Source: Hormiphora californensis (taxonomy: Eukaryota; Animalia; Ctenophora). From it: 64,000 bases of DNA. The position numbers and the translations under genes were made by a program. Location of the stretch: NCBI GenBank assembly GCA_020137815.1, contig CM035352.1, forward strand, positions 7,750,001 through 7,814,000, read 5' to 3'. The notes beneath the pieces are model-generated. The model saw nothing but the letters and a program-made list of their open reading frames with translations. It was not told where the DNA came from and did not search any database. Of the stretch, positions 1-12,814 are shown in pieces (positions within the stretch are counted from its first letter, which is position 1; each line of letters opens with the position of its first letter).

Positions 1-3000
1 ACCAATCAGAACCACCAGCCAGTGGACATCCTCGAATAACTGTAAGGGGAGAACTTGTTATATTTAGGTGAATGGGTATCATCTCGCTAAGCCCGGGGAC
101 ATAGGGCAAGTAGAGAGATCCTGAGTGTGATGTCCTAACCCAGGAGTGATAGGAATCCAGTACTTGCCGGGGCCGATGGGGGGGGGGGGGGTACACTTAT
201 TTACCGGGGTGATGATTCACCACTGGTGAGCCGTGAGAGAGGAACCCAGTATTTACCGGGGGCTTGGGGGGGGTGTACTTACCGGTGTACACTCCTGTTG
301 ACTATCAGCTGTCTCTTTAACCGCCCTACATCGCTCCATTAACATTTTGGACAGATAGGGAAGGACGGCACCGGTATTGAGCCGGGCCATACATCCTATC
401 ACCTCTAGTTGGTCCCTGTACTTAACACGATCATCTTCCTCCGACTCAAGGTCTATCTGATTTGAGGGGATTGTGTTTTAGAAGTTTATCTGGGGGATAG
501 ATACGGATTTAGAGGTCTATCTGGGAGGGGGGAGACAGATACCAAGTAAGGTGTCTTTCTGATGATATGGGGATCGGGGGAGGAGATAAGTGGATTTGGA
601 AGGGGAGTTTTAGCTGCTGTTAGGGGAGACATTGCCTTGTTCAGACTCAGCCTCATGAACAATACAAGGCTGACAGGTACTGGAAAGAGATGGTGATGGA
701 GCAACTCAAAATTAATCATTGTACCTCTTCCTCCTTCACATTATCATTCCTAATTCCAGTAGGAGAGGCTAGGTGACACTTGACATAACACTCTACCACC
801 CTCAACACTGCCTGGCCAAGAGGTCCACTCGCCTCAGCCCCCTCGTCCGAGTCATTCTGTAGGAGGGTTAACCAGATATCTAGCACAACGTCAACCACAT
901 CTTGAGTGTCTGCTAGCATCTGGAAGAGAGAGGAGTTGTGAGTCAGCTTCTGGAGTACACATTACATAATCTATTCTCAAAGTAACTCCTTGAGAGGGGA
1001 GATTTAGAGAAGTATAATCAGGGAAAAGCACAAGCTACCTCATCATCCCGGGTCGATGCGATCATGACATTGATAGAGAGATCAGTGATGGCTGATATGA
1101 AAGCACCCCAGAGTCCCTTCTCCATTGCTTCCACTTCTGGTGAACTATTGGTCCACAGAAGTTGGCGAACCGCCAGAGACAGCCCGTGGTACTCGTGATG
1201 GGACTTTGTCGCAGAGGCCCTGGAAAAACGGTGAATGAAATCAGAAATGTAGTACAGAAATGTAGTACAACTACTCAATTAGCTTTCATTTTGCTACCAT
1301 CCTCCTGAAATATCGAGACTGAATTAGCATCTTTAATTCACCTGATAACAAGTTTAGTTATGGCAGAGAGATAGGAAGAAAGGAATTGTTCCTGTTCCCC
1401 GGTTGTTGCGAAGATTGTTCCATTTAGTGTTCCTAACTGAACCAGGCACATTCTGGCCAAATGTTGCAGGTCCTGGTGGCTACCAAATGCTTCGTACAAC
1501 TAGGGGGATGATGTGGTCACGTGACATGTATGGAGAACCGGGGTGAGCCTGATGGCATGTTTTTGGTTTTCAATACTCTCGGGGGGGGGGGGGGGGGGGG
1601 CGTCACCTTTTATTTTGCCCATATTTGCCCATATTTGCCCATATGGGCAAAACTGAATTTTCAAAAATCGTGGGACTTTGGGCAAAATGGGCAAAAATGG
1701 GCAAAAAAATAACTCCTGTACCTTACATCATAGGTATATATATATATAGGTTTATAGCCACTATAATCGAAGCAGAATTTCACGCTGAGGAAGATGCTTG
1801 TATTTATTTTGTTCTAGGACGTTTCTGAAACCCATAAAAGCAAAAAAACCTTAAAAAAAATGTTAGTAGAGGGGTTGTAGCACCGGGAGGTAATGAGTAA
1901 ACACACACACACGCATTGAGCAAGCTCAATGTTTAGCTATTCTCCGGCTGGGTATAGGGCTGAGGTACTGGCAAGATATAGTAGGATCGCTACTGCCCAC
2001 ATGTCAAGTTTATTCGGATATACAAGTTTAAAAGGTTGGGGGGTCACAGGGACCGTCTTAGCTTCGCTCCCCGTTAACATTGCCTGTAACCGGGGGTCCA
2101 CTAAGCTCTCATATATACTCGGCCATTACTCCCAACCACTAGTAGTGGTTTTCAGTACCTCTTATACTGGTAAATCCGTATAGAAACAATCCTTGTGTTT
2201 TAATAGCGATCACTCCGTATATCTTGCACTGACCCAGTATTACCACACATTAATTGTGCAATTGGCACTATGGGATTTCTCCACTGCGGCCGGCACTGTG
2301 AGTAATCAGCCACTATATAAGCTACATCTTGGTTGCTAACCAGTCAATACATTAGTAGAGGGGTTGTAGCACCGGGAGGTAATGAGTAAACACACACACA
2401 CGCATTGAGCAAGCTCAATGTTTAGCTATTCTCCGGCTGGGTATAGGGCTGAGGTACTGGCAAGATATAGTAGGATCGCTACTGCCCACATGTCAAGTTT
2501 ATTCGGATATACAAGTTTAAAAGGTTGGGGGGTCACAGGGACCGTCTTAGCTTCGCTCCCCGTTAACATTGCCTGTAACCGGGGGTCCACTAAGCTCTCA
2601 TATATACTCGGCCATTACTCCCAACCACTAGTAGTGGTTTTCAGTACCTCTTATACTGGTAAATCCGTATAGAAACAATCCTTGTGTTTTAATAGCGATC
2701 ACTCCAGTATATCTTGCACTGACCCAGTATTACCACACATTAATTGTGCAATTGGCACTATGGGATTTCTCCACTGCGGCCGGCACTGTGAGTAATCAGC
2801 CACTATATAAGCTACATCTTGGTTGCTAACCAGTCAATACATTAGTAGAGGGGTTGTAGCACCGGGAGGTAATGAGTAAACACACACACACGCATTGAGC
2901 AAGCTCAATGTTTAGCTATTCTCCGGCTGGGTATAGGGCTGAGGTACTGGCAAGATATAGTAGGATCGCTACTGCCCACATGTCAAGTTTATTCGGATAT

Positions 3001-6000
3001 ACAAGTTTAAAAGGTTGGGGGGTCACAGGGACCGTCTTAGCTTCGCTCCCCGTTAACATTGCCTGTAACCGGGGGTCCACTAAGCTCTCATATATACTCG
3101 GCCATTACTCCCAACCACTAGTAGTGGTTTTCAGTACCTCTTATACTGGTAAATCCGTATAGAAACAATCCTTGTGTTTTAATAGCGATCACTCCATATA
3201 TCTTGCACTGACCCAGTATTACCACACATTAATTGTGCAATTGGCACTATGGGATTTCTCCACTGCGGCCGGCACTGTGAGTAATCAGCCACTATATAAG
3301 CTACATCTTGGTTGCTAACCAGTCAATACATTAGTAGAGGGGTTGTAGCACCGGGAGGTAATGAGTAAACACACACACACGCATTGAGCAAGCTCAATGT
3401 TTAGCTATTCTCCGGCTGGGTATAGGGCTGAGGTACTGGCAAGATATAGTAGGATCGCTACTGCCCACATGTCAAGTTTATTCGGATATACAAGTTTAAA
3501 AGGTTGGGGGGTCACAGGGACCGTCTTAGCTTCGCTCCCCGTTAACATTGCCTGTAACCGGGGGTCCACTAAGCTCTCATATATACTCGGCCATTACTCC
3601 CAACTACTAGTGGTTGGGAGTAATGGCCGAGTATATATGAGAGCTTAGTGGACCCCCGGTTACAGGCAATGTTAACGGGGAGCGAAGCTAAGACGGTCCC
3701 TGTGACCCCCCAACCTTTTAAACTTGTATATCCGAATAAACTTGACATGTGGGCAGTAGCGATCCTACTATATCTTGCCAGTACCTCAGCCCTATACCCA
3801 GCCGGAGAATAGCTAAACATTGAGCTTGCTCAATGCGTGTGTGTGTGTTTACTCATTACCTCCCGGTGCTACAACCCCTCTACTAATGTATTGACTGGTT
3901 AGCAACCAAGATGTAGCTTATATAGTGGCTGATTACTCACAGTGCCGGCCGCAGTGGAGAAATCCCATAGTGCCAATTGCACAATTAATGTGTGGTAATA
4001 CTGGGTCAGTGCAAGATATATGGAGTGATCGCTATTAAAACACAAGGATTGTTTCTATACGGATTTACCAGTATAAGAGGTACTGAAAACCACTACTAGT
4101 GGTTGGGAGTAATGGCCGAGTATATATGAGAGCTTAGTGGACCCCCGGTTACAGGCAATGTTAACGGGGAGCGAAGCTAAGACGGTCCCTGTGACCCCCC
4201 AACCTTTTAAACTTGTATATCCGAATAAACTTGACATGTGGGCAGTAGCGATCCTACTATATCTTGCCAGTACCTCAGCCCTATACCCAGCCGGAGAATA
4301 GCTAAACATTGAGCTTGCTCAATGCGTGTGTGTGTGTTTACTCATTACCTCCCGGTGCTACAACCCCTCTACTAATGTATTGACTGGTTAGCAACCAAGA
4401 TGTAGCTTATATAGTGGCTGATTACTCACAGTGCCGGCCGCAGTGGAGAAATCCCATAGTGCCAATTGCACAATTAATGTGTGGTAATACTGGGTCAGTG
4501 CAAGATATATGGAGTGATCGCTATTAAAACACAAGGATTGTTTCTATACGGATTTACCAGTATAAGAGGTACTGAAAACCACTACTAGTGGTTGGGAGTA
4601 ATGGCCGAGTATATATGAGAGCTTAGTGGACCCCCGGTTACAGGCAATGTTAACGGGGAGCGAAGCTAAGACGGTCCCTGTGACCCCCCAACCTTTTAAA
4701 CTTGTATATCCGAATAAACTTGACATGTGGGCAGTAGCGATCCTACTATATCTTGCCAGTACCTCAGCCCTATACCCAGCCGGAGAATAGCTAAACATTG
4801 AGCTTGCTCAATGCGTGTGTGTGTGTTTACTTAAAAAAAATGACCTCTAATTAGACACCTAATACCATTCTGACCGAGTTTTATCAAAGTTTGCGCTGTT
4901 CTCTCACACTTTAAAGAGATGAAATCAAGCTATAGAGTTGAAAAAACGACATATAACACTGAAAATTGCATTTTGCCCATTTTTGCCCACTTTTGCCCAT
5001 TTTTGCCCATTTTGCCCATATGGGCAAAACCGAAATTCGCTGGGATTATGGGCAATGGGCAAAAAAAAGGTGACGCCCCCCCATACTCTCACGTAACGTG
5101 GTATGTATAGGGAGAAGTAGAAAACACGGGAATGCAATTCAATTCAATTCAATTCAAGTGATCTACCTCAACTAGTATTTGTAGAACACGACCCTCTTTT
5201 AGAACAGTCCAGTCTTTACCAGGGGTTAGATTTACAACAGGCATCGAGAGAAAGGAGATCTGGGCTAGCTTCTTAGCTGAAGAAGGGATGACAATCTTTA
5301 TGAAGGAGCACATTACACAGCAACAGTGGCGAGTTAATTGATAAAAAAGGGATTACAGGCTGAAACAACTTACAAAGTTTAGACTTGACTTGGCTTGACT
5401 TACAAAGAATAAAACCGAAATCCCAGCTCAGGATGGTAAAAAGGATGGACATAACTTGAATCCATTGTCGGAGGTGTTGTGAGATGGAACCTGCACCTCT
5501 CAACTTCCCAACCACCTCAACTACTCCAACAAATATCCGATATAGCGGTCCTTTCTGGGGGAGGGATTGTTGGTTGGATTGTGTACAAGTGCCACATGTT
5601 AATTGTAAATTTTAGTAGTGGCTATAATTCTAGAATATAATTTGAGACTAAGGGTTCTAGGGGAAAAGTTCCAATTAATACCCCAAATACCCCCCATCCC
5701 CAATTACCTCGATTTTCTCCTTGCAATCAAGATTGTGCTGATAACTCATGTAACTAGATAACCCCTTATCAGCCACTGTGAACTCAGCCAATAACGCAGA
5801 GGCTATCTCCAGCCCTAACAGTAGTGTATCAGGTCCAGTTAGTAGCTGGCAAACGTTATCCACAAATGTAGGTAGGAACTCAGAAGGTCGGTCGAGGGAG
5901 GATCTTTTGACTATAATGGCTACAGTGTGGAGAATCTGCTTCAGGACATACGCTTGTAAACTGAGAGGATGGAAAAATGTTAACGATGGGTACTGGATGC

Positions 6001-6852
6001 TGGGAGGGGGGGGGGGGGGGTGAAGTCATATCAATGGAATACCAGATTTTATTTGGTGGACTTGATATACCATCAAGGCACCGTTGTTATAATGCTAACG
6101 ATTTGTACCTTGTTTTTCGTTGGTGAGCAAAGTTAAGCAGGAAATCCCGGAGATTATCTACCTCTATCTCCCCCAACAGGGACCACTCTCTCATCACTGC
6201 TTCGCGGAGGGTTGAACACGCCACAAAGTGTAGATATGGCTCATTTGTGCTTTCTAAGGAATGGAAGATGTGTTACTTGGTGCTTTCCGAACGAAAAGCA
6301 TGAGCCAGGATGATACCTTGCCCAAAACTGGCTCCAGCTATGAGTCTGTCTTGCGGCGCCAGAACCCGCTCAGTTCGGTTTGGAGCCGCCTGATAGATCC
6401 AGCTCAGAATCTGAGTTTTTGCAATGTTCAGATGGCGCCGCGCACTGCGCTGCTGACAACTTTCTAGCACGCTGTTTGATGTTCGGGCGCGTTCCGCGAA
6501 GTTGACAAAACGCGCCAAAACTGGTACACTAAGTGGACACACTAGCAGACGAACCAAAACACAGACAACGCACCTAAAACACAGACAACGCACCTAAAAC
6601 ACAGACAACGCACCTAAAATGTGTTTACAGATGACATAAGGTTTTTCTGATCGTTTGAATTTCATCAACAAGTTCTCGGCCTGCTTCCTCTGTTCTCCAG
6701 TCACACCGGCTGAGCCAACCTAAGGGGAGGGAGATGGATTAAATCAAGGAACAGGATTAATTAATTAATTAATTATACAGCTCTGTATCAACTAGTTCAG
6801 TAATTACCGTCATTATACGGGCTGCATCTGATAACTCCTGTAACTGTTCCAT
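1..6852 (-). CDS. XPO4: Exportin-4, multi-exon, runs off the left edge
   Basis: Hand-spliced exons give MEQLQELSDAARIMT / EQRKQAENLLMKFKRSEKPYVICKHILE / REAVMREW / CLVQLGTLNGTIF / YVKCHLASPTG / EEDDRVKYRDQL / LFEDVHWLVVLIG, colinear with recalled XPO4 motifs; GT-AG introns. Confidence 0.9.
1581..5082. mobile_element. Non-autonomous poly-G-ended TIR (foldback-like) element in XPO4 intron 1500-5166
   Basis: TIR G(n)CGTCACCTTTT...TTGCCCAT at both ends; subterminal TTTGCCCATA 10-mers; perfect 8-bp TSD ATACTCTC (1573-1580 and 5083-5090). Confidence 0.9.
1863..4830. repeat. 489-bp unit array: about 3.5 forward copies then about 2.5 inverted copies (palindrome centred near 3608)
   Basis: Units start at 1863, 2352, 2842 and 3331 and are nearly identical; flanked by direct repeat (C)TTAAAAAAAATG at 1850-1862 and 4830-4842. 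Confidence 0.97.
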
Positions 6853-7122
6853 ATGTCTGCTAAGATGGGAGGGAGTATTTAGTAGTGATACCAGGGTGGG
6901 GGGGGGGGGGCTGCTTAGCTCTCATTGTAAAGGAGGGACACAAGGGAGGGGAAACAACCGATTTGTCTAAACTAACTTTGAAATACGATAATAGCTAATT
7001 TATTGGGTTGAATTTACAGTTAAAATATTGCTTGAAACATAGAACAAGCTTACAAACACAGCACACTCCATCTCCCTCTCTCACAGTTTCCCGTTATCCC
7101 TGCCTCATGCCCTGTCACTGCC

Positions 7123-7518
7123 TCATGCCACACATGACAGACAGAACTCCCTAGTTTGAGGGGTGTTATAATCCAGCACACTACACAGACTACAGAACAC
7201 CTCTTCACACCCCACACACACCCTACTACAGGGAGTACAGGAGTACCTAGCACAATGGTAACAAGATCTACTCGGATCACCCGACTTGCAACTAAAACAC
7301 TGCAGTGGAGAGGTGGTGGTCTGCTGCACTACAGCAGGTGGTGGTGGTGGAGAGTTCCAATATCCCTGTTGGCCCTCAACTAGAAGGTTCCTTGTTTTGT
7401 CCATCATCTCGCGAAGTAGGTCGTTGTTTAGCTTAGCAGCCTCTTTTAGTGTGATGTGGGTTTTGAATTGTTGGGGAGAAGTTGAGGAGAAGGGACATTT
7501 TCTCTTTAAACTTGACAT
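7123..7518 (-). CDS. SIVA1: SIVA1-like apoptosis regulator, single exon
   Basis: N-terminal KRKCPF..Q.K.H, MDKTRNLL..G and C-terminal Cys-rich region ending FCSLCSVLDY...REFCLSC. Confidence 0.85.
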   Translation of the reverse strand: MSSLKRKCPFSSTSPQQFKTHITLKEAAKLNNDLLREMMDKTRNLLVEGQQGYWNSPPPPPAVVQQTTTSPLQCFSCKSGDPSRSCYHCARYSCTPCSRVCVGCEEVFCSLCSVLDYNTPQTREFCLSCVA

Positions 7519-7827
7519 GATCTCTATAACTAAAATATAATTAGAGTTATAATTAGAGTTAGAATTAGCAGTTGTTAATTAGAGTTGTTGATTCTTGGGG
7601 AATCAGTGGCAAAGAGGTGAAACATGTAAACACAGTTGTTTTGAAAATTGTTAAAACATCGTCATATTTAAATCAGAATATTCAATGTGGACAGACTGCA
7701 GTCTATAAATAAAAGTATGTTTTGCTCTCAAACTAATTTCAACTTTCGAAAACTGCATAAACAAAATATGTCAATACCTGAACTATGTAGATCTCAACTC
7801 AAATCACTGATTTATATAATGTCCCTC

Positions 7828-10800
7828 TCATGTGTCAGTGTCTTTGTATGTTAGTTTATCAAGGAAACCATCGATATCTCGTAAAATGTAGCCAGGACCG
7901 TCCCCCTTCTGAAAGAAAAAGAGATATTTATAATCTGAGAGGGAGAGAGAGAGGTGTATGGAGAAAACTGCTGAAGTGATGAAAAATAATAACTTATTTT
8001 ATTAAAAAAATAGAGAGAGAAAACTGCTGAAGTGATGAAAAATAATAACTTATTCATTTTATTAAAAAACACTTTACCTTTTTCTTCCTAGGCCCTCGCT
8101 TTGTTTTTGGCATGGGTGGGCTCTGCATTGGTTCCTCTTTCCGATCCACTTTTACAATCTGTTGTTTAACTGGTTTCGCACATGTCTCAGTAGAAGCCGA
8201 CTTTGTTCTCCCAGATTTCTTAGTCTCCTTCTTCTTCTTAGGGAGCCCACAAAACCTGACATGAACCACATACCCTGCCTTTCCCCGGAACTGCCTCCCA
8301 CATTTATCACACATGAGGTCCTGACAGCACTTCTCCGAGTGTGCAGTTGCCTCCTTTTGTGTGGGGAACTGCCGGGTACACTTTGTACACAGGTAGGGCT
8401 CCATCTTGTTAGCTAGGTTGCTGTACCATTCCTCTGTGCTGTCCTCCACTGGGGCAGGAGGGACAGGACCTACCTCTACCTCGGCGTGCACAACCCCACC
8501 TTCATCTTGGTTACTGGAGGAAGGGAGAGGAGAGGGTTGGGGCTGGTCAGGTAATCCATTTGATTCCACGGAGATGAGACCAATAATATCAACTTCATTG
8601 TCCGGGGTTTTAACCGGGGAAGGTTCAGTCGAGGAGGGTGGGTTTTTAGCAGGACTATCAACATCAGATTCACTCAGATTGAGTGACCGGTTCTGTGGTG
8701 GTTGATGAGGTGGGTCTACCGACTCTGACGTCACCGTGCTTATGACGTCACCAGGTGTTGCTGTTTCCTCATCACTACTCTCCAATAGGTCCTTCTCTTG
8801 GGAGGATGGAGGTGGGAGGGAGTTGGTTGCCTCTCTGATCTCATCATCATCACCTTCATCACTATCATCATGGTCATCATCCTCACCCTCACTGTCAGTC
8901 ACTCTAGTCCGGTATGTTGTAACCCCTGAGAATGTCACCTTTGGTCTAGATGATGTCATAGGTAGGAAGGTCTTCTCATCCCCCTTAATGACAGGGAATA
9001 TAGAGGACACAGTCAGACTTCCTCCACTCTCCTCCCCTTCCCCATAGTTTCTGGGTGAGTGGGTGCTCCCCTGTTCCGAGAATTTGAAAGTCTTACCCCC
9101 CATACTGAAGGACTTCATTCCACCATCCCTGCTGCCGTGAGGGCAGGAGCAAGAATTGTGGGAGTGTTCTGGGGGGATCACCACTGGTTTGGGCCGACTT
9201 TCAATACTGATATCAAACCCCGAGTTAGCGTGCTCTTCAAAGAATGGAGCCCGGGGAGAAACAACAGAGGAGGGTAGAAACCCAGGAGGGGAGGGAGTGT
9301 GCCGGGTACTCGCCGCCGACTCATTTTTAGAGGTGTTATTGGTGGTGTTATTGGTAGTGTTGTTCGTATTGTTATTCGTAGCGTTGTTCGTGTTGTTGTT
9401 GAATGACTTTAACAAATCAGCCTCCATCATCTTTGTATCTGTATCACTGAATATCGGGGTCTGGTTCAGGGATGTAGAGTTATCAAGAGGTGCTGTGGAT
9501 TGTTTCTGTGGACTTTCCTCAGTTGTGGAGTTCATATCCTCCGATGGGACCTCAGCTGGTGTCTTGTAAACTGGCGACTTTTCTCTTTTCTTACTTTTGT
9601 GTCTTTCACCGCTCCTTCTTCTTTTTCTCCGGTGTCGCTTCTCACCATCCTCTTCCCCTTTTTCATGACTCCTCCTTTTCTTTTTCCTCTTCTTCTTTTT
9701 CTCTCCCTCCTCGGATCGCTCCTCTTTTCGCTTCCTCCGCTTCTTTTTCTTCTCCGTGATCTCCTCATTTTCTTTTTCAGCTTCTCCATCACCTTTTTCG
9801 ACAACACTTTCCTTTTCACCCTCCTTGTCAATATCCTTTTCAGCATCAATAGTACCTTCATTTTCCGCCCCATTTTGAGCCCCATTCACACTATCCTTCT
9901 CTTCCTCTCCAGTCTTCTTCTTTCTCGGCCTCCCCCGACCAGGCTTCTTCCCCACCTCCTTTACCACCTCCACTACCTCATCTTGCTTGGGGTCAGAGGA
10001 CAACTGCTGTCTGATCTTCTGATCCCATGTCGCTAGAGCATCCACTGCACCGATCTTCTTTCTCGGTTTAGGAGAAGGTTTGGGGGCATTATGTTTGTGG
10101 GATGGGTGAGCAGCATTCACAAGTTGGAGTCGGATCTGGTTGGGGTTCAGCGGCTGGTAGAGGGGTTTCTGGTTAAGAAACTGATTACAATGCAGAGTGG
10201 GATCAATACCACTAGGAACTCTCTCTGATCTCTCTGCTTTGGGGGCTATAATTGATATCCCTGGGGCCACTGGTCTTGGGGCAATTCTCTGCATGCCCGG
10301 TGTCTTAGGGGCAATTGGAACAAACTGCCGCATAGCAACGAGCTCAATATCTGGATACCGTTTATCAATCACCGCTGCAGTGACAGGGTTGTCAACCACA
10401 AAGGGTTGTGCTATGGTGGCAATGGAGGACATGTGAAGTGGCATAGAGGACATCTGGACGGGGCCTAGCGTCGATGACATCTTAATTGGGGTTGCTGATA
10501 TCTGGAGAGGGGTTGCAGACATTTGGAGAGGAGTAGATGAGATCTGGAGTGGAGTAGAAGAGATCTGAAGTGGGGTAGATGAGGACTGGAGAGAGTTAGA
10601 GGAGATCATTGGAGGTTGTTTAGCTGGGGTGGACGTGACCACAACAGTTTGCTGCTGATTGTCTAGATCCATGATATCGTTATTGTGTGATCCAGGTTCC
10701 AGTAATTGATCAACTGGCATATCCAGAATATTGTCAGTATTAGTAGGGGGATGTGGAGCACCAGGTGGTTTACTAGGTGGTTGAACCACACTAGATGATT

Positions 10801-12539
10801 GTGCCACGTTGTTTGGTTGTTGCTGTAAACTGTTGTTTTGAAGCAAACTGTGGTTGGTATCTTCCCCCGATTGGTTTAGTGCCAATAGTGACAGTGCTGC
10901 TTCCTCATTTGCTGTATCCTTCTTTTGTTCTTCTGAAAAAAAAAACTTTGGTTAATGGTTACAATTTATAATTTATTTTAGAATTAAATCTAGAATTACA
11001 TTTCCAGGCTACGGTTTCTCAGACACACACACCTGCTAACTTACCAAAGACAGGTTCGCTCAGTGAGCTGCAGAAATGTTCCAACCAGTGTTCATGGGTT
11101 GTCAAGGTATCCAGAGCTGCATCCTCTGGTTTCTATGGAAACAAATCGAGGTTAGAGTTCTGTGAAATGAACATATAAATACTTTACGTCAGTTCGATTA
11201 GTAGAGTGACGTCAAACCCACATACACACCCCTCTCGAGAGGGTAGAGAAACCTCTCTCTGCCCTCAATAATAGTTACCATCTTTCTTTACTTTTCACTC
11301 TCTCTAGCTCTCCCCCTCTTTCTATGTCTCCCTGCCCCCTCGAGTCTCGCTCGACCCCCTCTTTAGGTGCACTCTTTACATCTCTCTATCTCTCCTTTCT
11401 GTCGCATAACCGTAATATATGCACCCCCATTTTGTCAGATTCAATCCCCAAATCTCGAAGCTAAGTTACCTTCGAGTTAATATTGGCAGTAAGGGACTGC
11501 ACAAAATCATCCCCGGAAAGTAAGCTCTGTGCCTTCCTAGGAGTGTTACACTTCCTCTTTCCTCTTCTATCAGGTGATCGTGAGGTTTGCTGCTGCTGTT
11601 TCGTAGGAGTCAGTAGTCCGGATGGATTGTAGTCGTTGTTATTGCGGGGGTAGAGAGGTGTCTGTTGGGATGAGGGGCCAGGAGGAGCGTTCAGATAGTC
11701 CTGTTGGTGTGCGGGACTGTGTTGATAAAGATGTTGCTGGAAAGACTGTGAGGGTCCATTAGATTGCTGTTGCTGGAACGACGGAGTGGGCCTGCTGCTT
11801 GACTGGTTATTGTACGCGAAGGAGGGTACTTGACAGGGTGTGGAGGTAGGAGCCTGGTGGGGTGTCCCAGTATACCCAGCAGGGGGTGTGGGATGTGGGA
11901 ATGTCGAGTTGGTGGAATACCCTTTAGCAGCAGTAGGTGTCTGGTACTGAGAGCTGTTACCGGTATGGGAAGTGTTGCCGGGATGTGGTGTATAGTCTGT
12001 CCAGGAGTTCTTGCTAGTCCCTGCAGGCGTTAATCTCCCCGAGGCAGGAGGAGTAGAGACATCTGCAGGGGGTTCCTTCCGTTTCCTCTTTCTTGATTTC
12101 CTGTGTTCACTACCCCCACTATGACGTCTCTTTATCAGCTCCTTGGCCTCTCTTATCTCACTGTTCTCCAGCCGGGCCTCTAGGGTTCCCGTCTCTAGGA
12201 GGCCGTTCATAACCTGGAAACAGGGAAATGTGTTGTCAGTTGTAACTCGTACACTACTTGGTGGCAACCCATTGGAGATAATAAACTCCAGAGTTTTTAT
12301 TATTAATTATATTAGCTGCTTCACTAAAAACAGTTGAGGATATCTCTAACTTCTTAAACGCTCAGTAAGGCTCTTACAACTCTGAAGAAAACCAATATAT
12401 TTACCGTAGCAAAGAATGGGCTATCTGTGTTTCCTGCAAGAGTTTTGCTGCTCTGGGCAAGTGCTCCTGCAGCGGCTGAGAATCCATTTCGCTGGAGGAA
12501 TTCGTAAACTATAGCCTCAATTTCCCATTGTTTAACCAT
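7828..12539 (-). CDS. NPAT: NPAT/Mxc-like histone locus body scaffold with AT-hook and two C2H2/C2HC-type zinc fingers; 5 exons
   Basis: N-terminal LisH-like motif (EIEAIVYEFLQRNGFSAAAGAL); long low-complexity middle; last exon 7828-7907 encodes DIDGFLDKLTY, resembling the NPAT C-terminal MDVDKFLLSLHY. Confidence 0.7.
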
Positions 12540-12814
12540 GGCTGTAAGTGAATATAGAGTTGTTAGAATCCGTCGTGGTTCGACAAAGGAGAATGGATTT
12601 AGGGCCAAATAATTAGTGTCAGACGTGCCTAACTAATTCACATCTAGGCGAGTTAACTCGGCAGTGGCATAGCAAAGACACTGGTATATACCGTATAGTG
12701 TTAGGTTCATTTGTTATCCTAGAATTACACATATGGTCCAGTGTCTAAATGTCCCAATTATGTCGCTGCACAAAGGGTGTGTCACAATTCGTTTGAACAC
12801 CACTCTTTGCCGTC

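Noticed and set aside
1929-2183. 84-aa ORF repeated in every 489-bp unit
   Set aside because: No recognisable motif; identical only because the DNA units are identical; a length this short is expected by chance
1970-2330. Group I intron, hammerhead, HDV, twister or hairpin ribozyme in the unit
   Set aside because: Only partial motifs (e.g. AAGATATAGT lacking the following C; GAAAC stem with no CTGANGA); required catalytic residues and topology not found by eye
1863-4830. CRISPR array, rDNA/5S or snRNA cluster
   Set aside because: No variable spacers and no recognisable rRNA, snRNA, tRNA or spliced-leader motifs
8162-10436. Plus-strand ORFs over the NPAT-like exon
   Set aside because: Antisense shadows of a low-complexity coding exon
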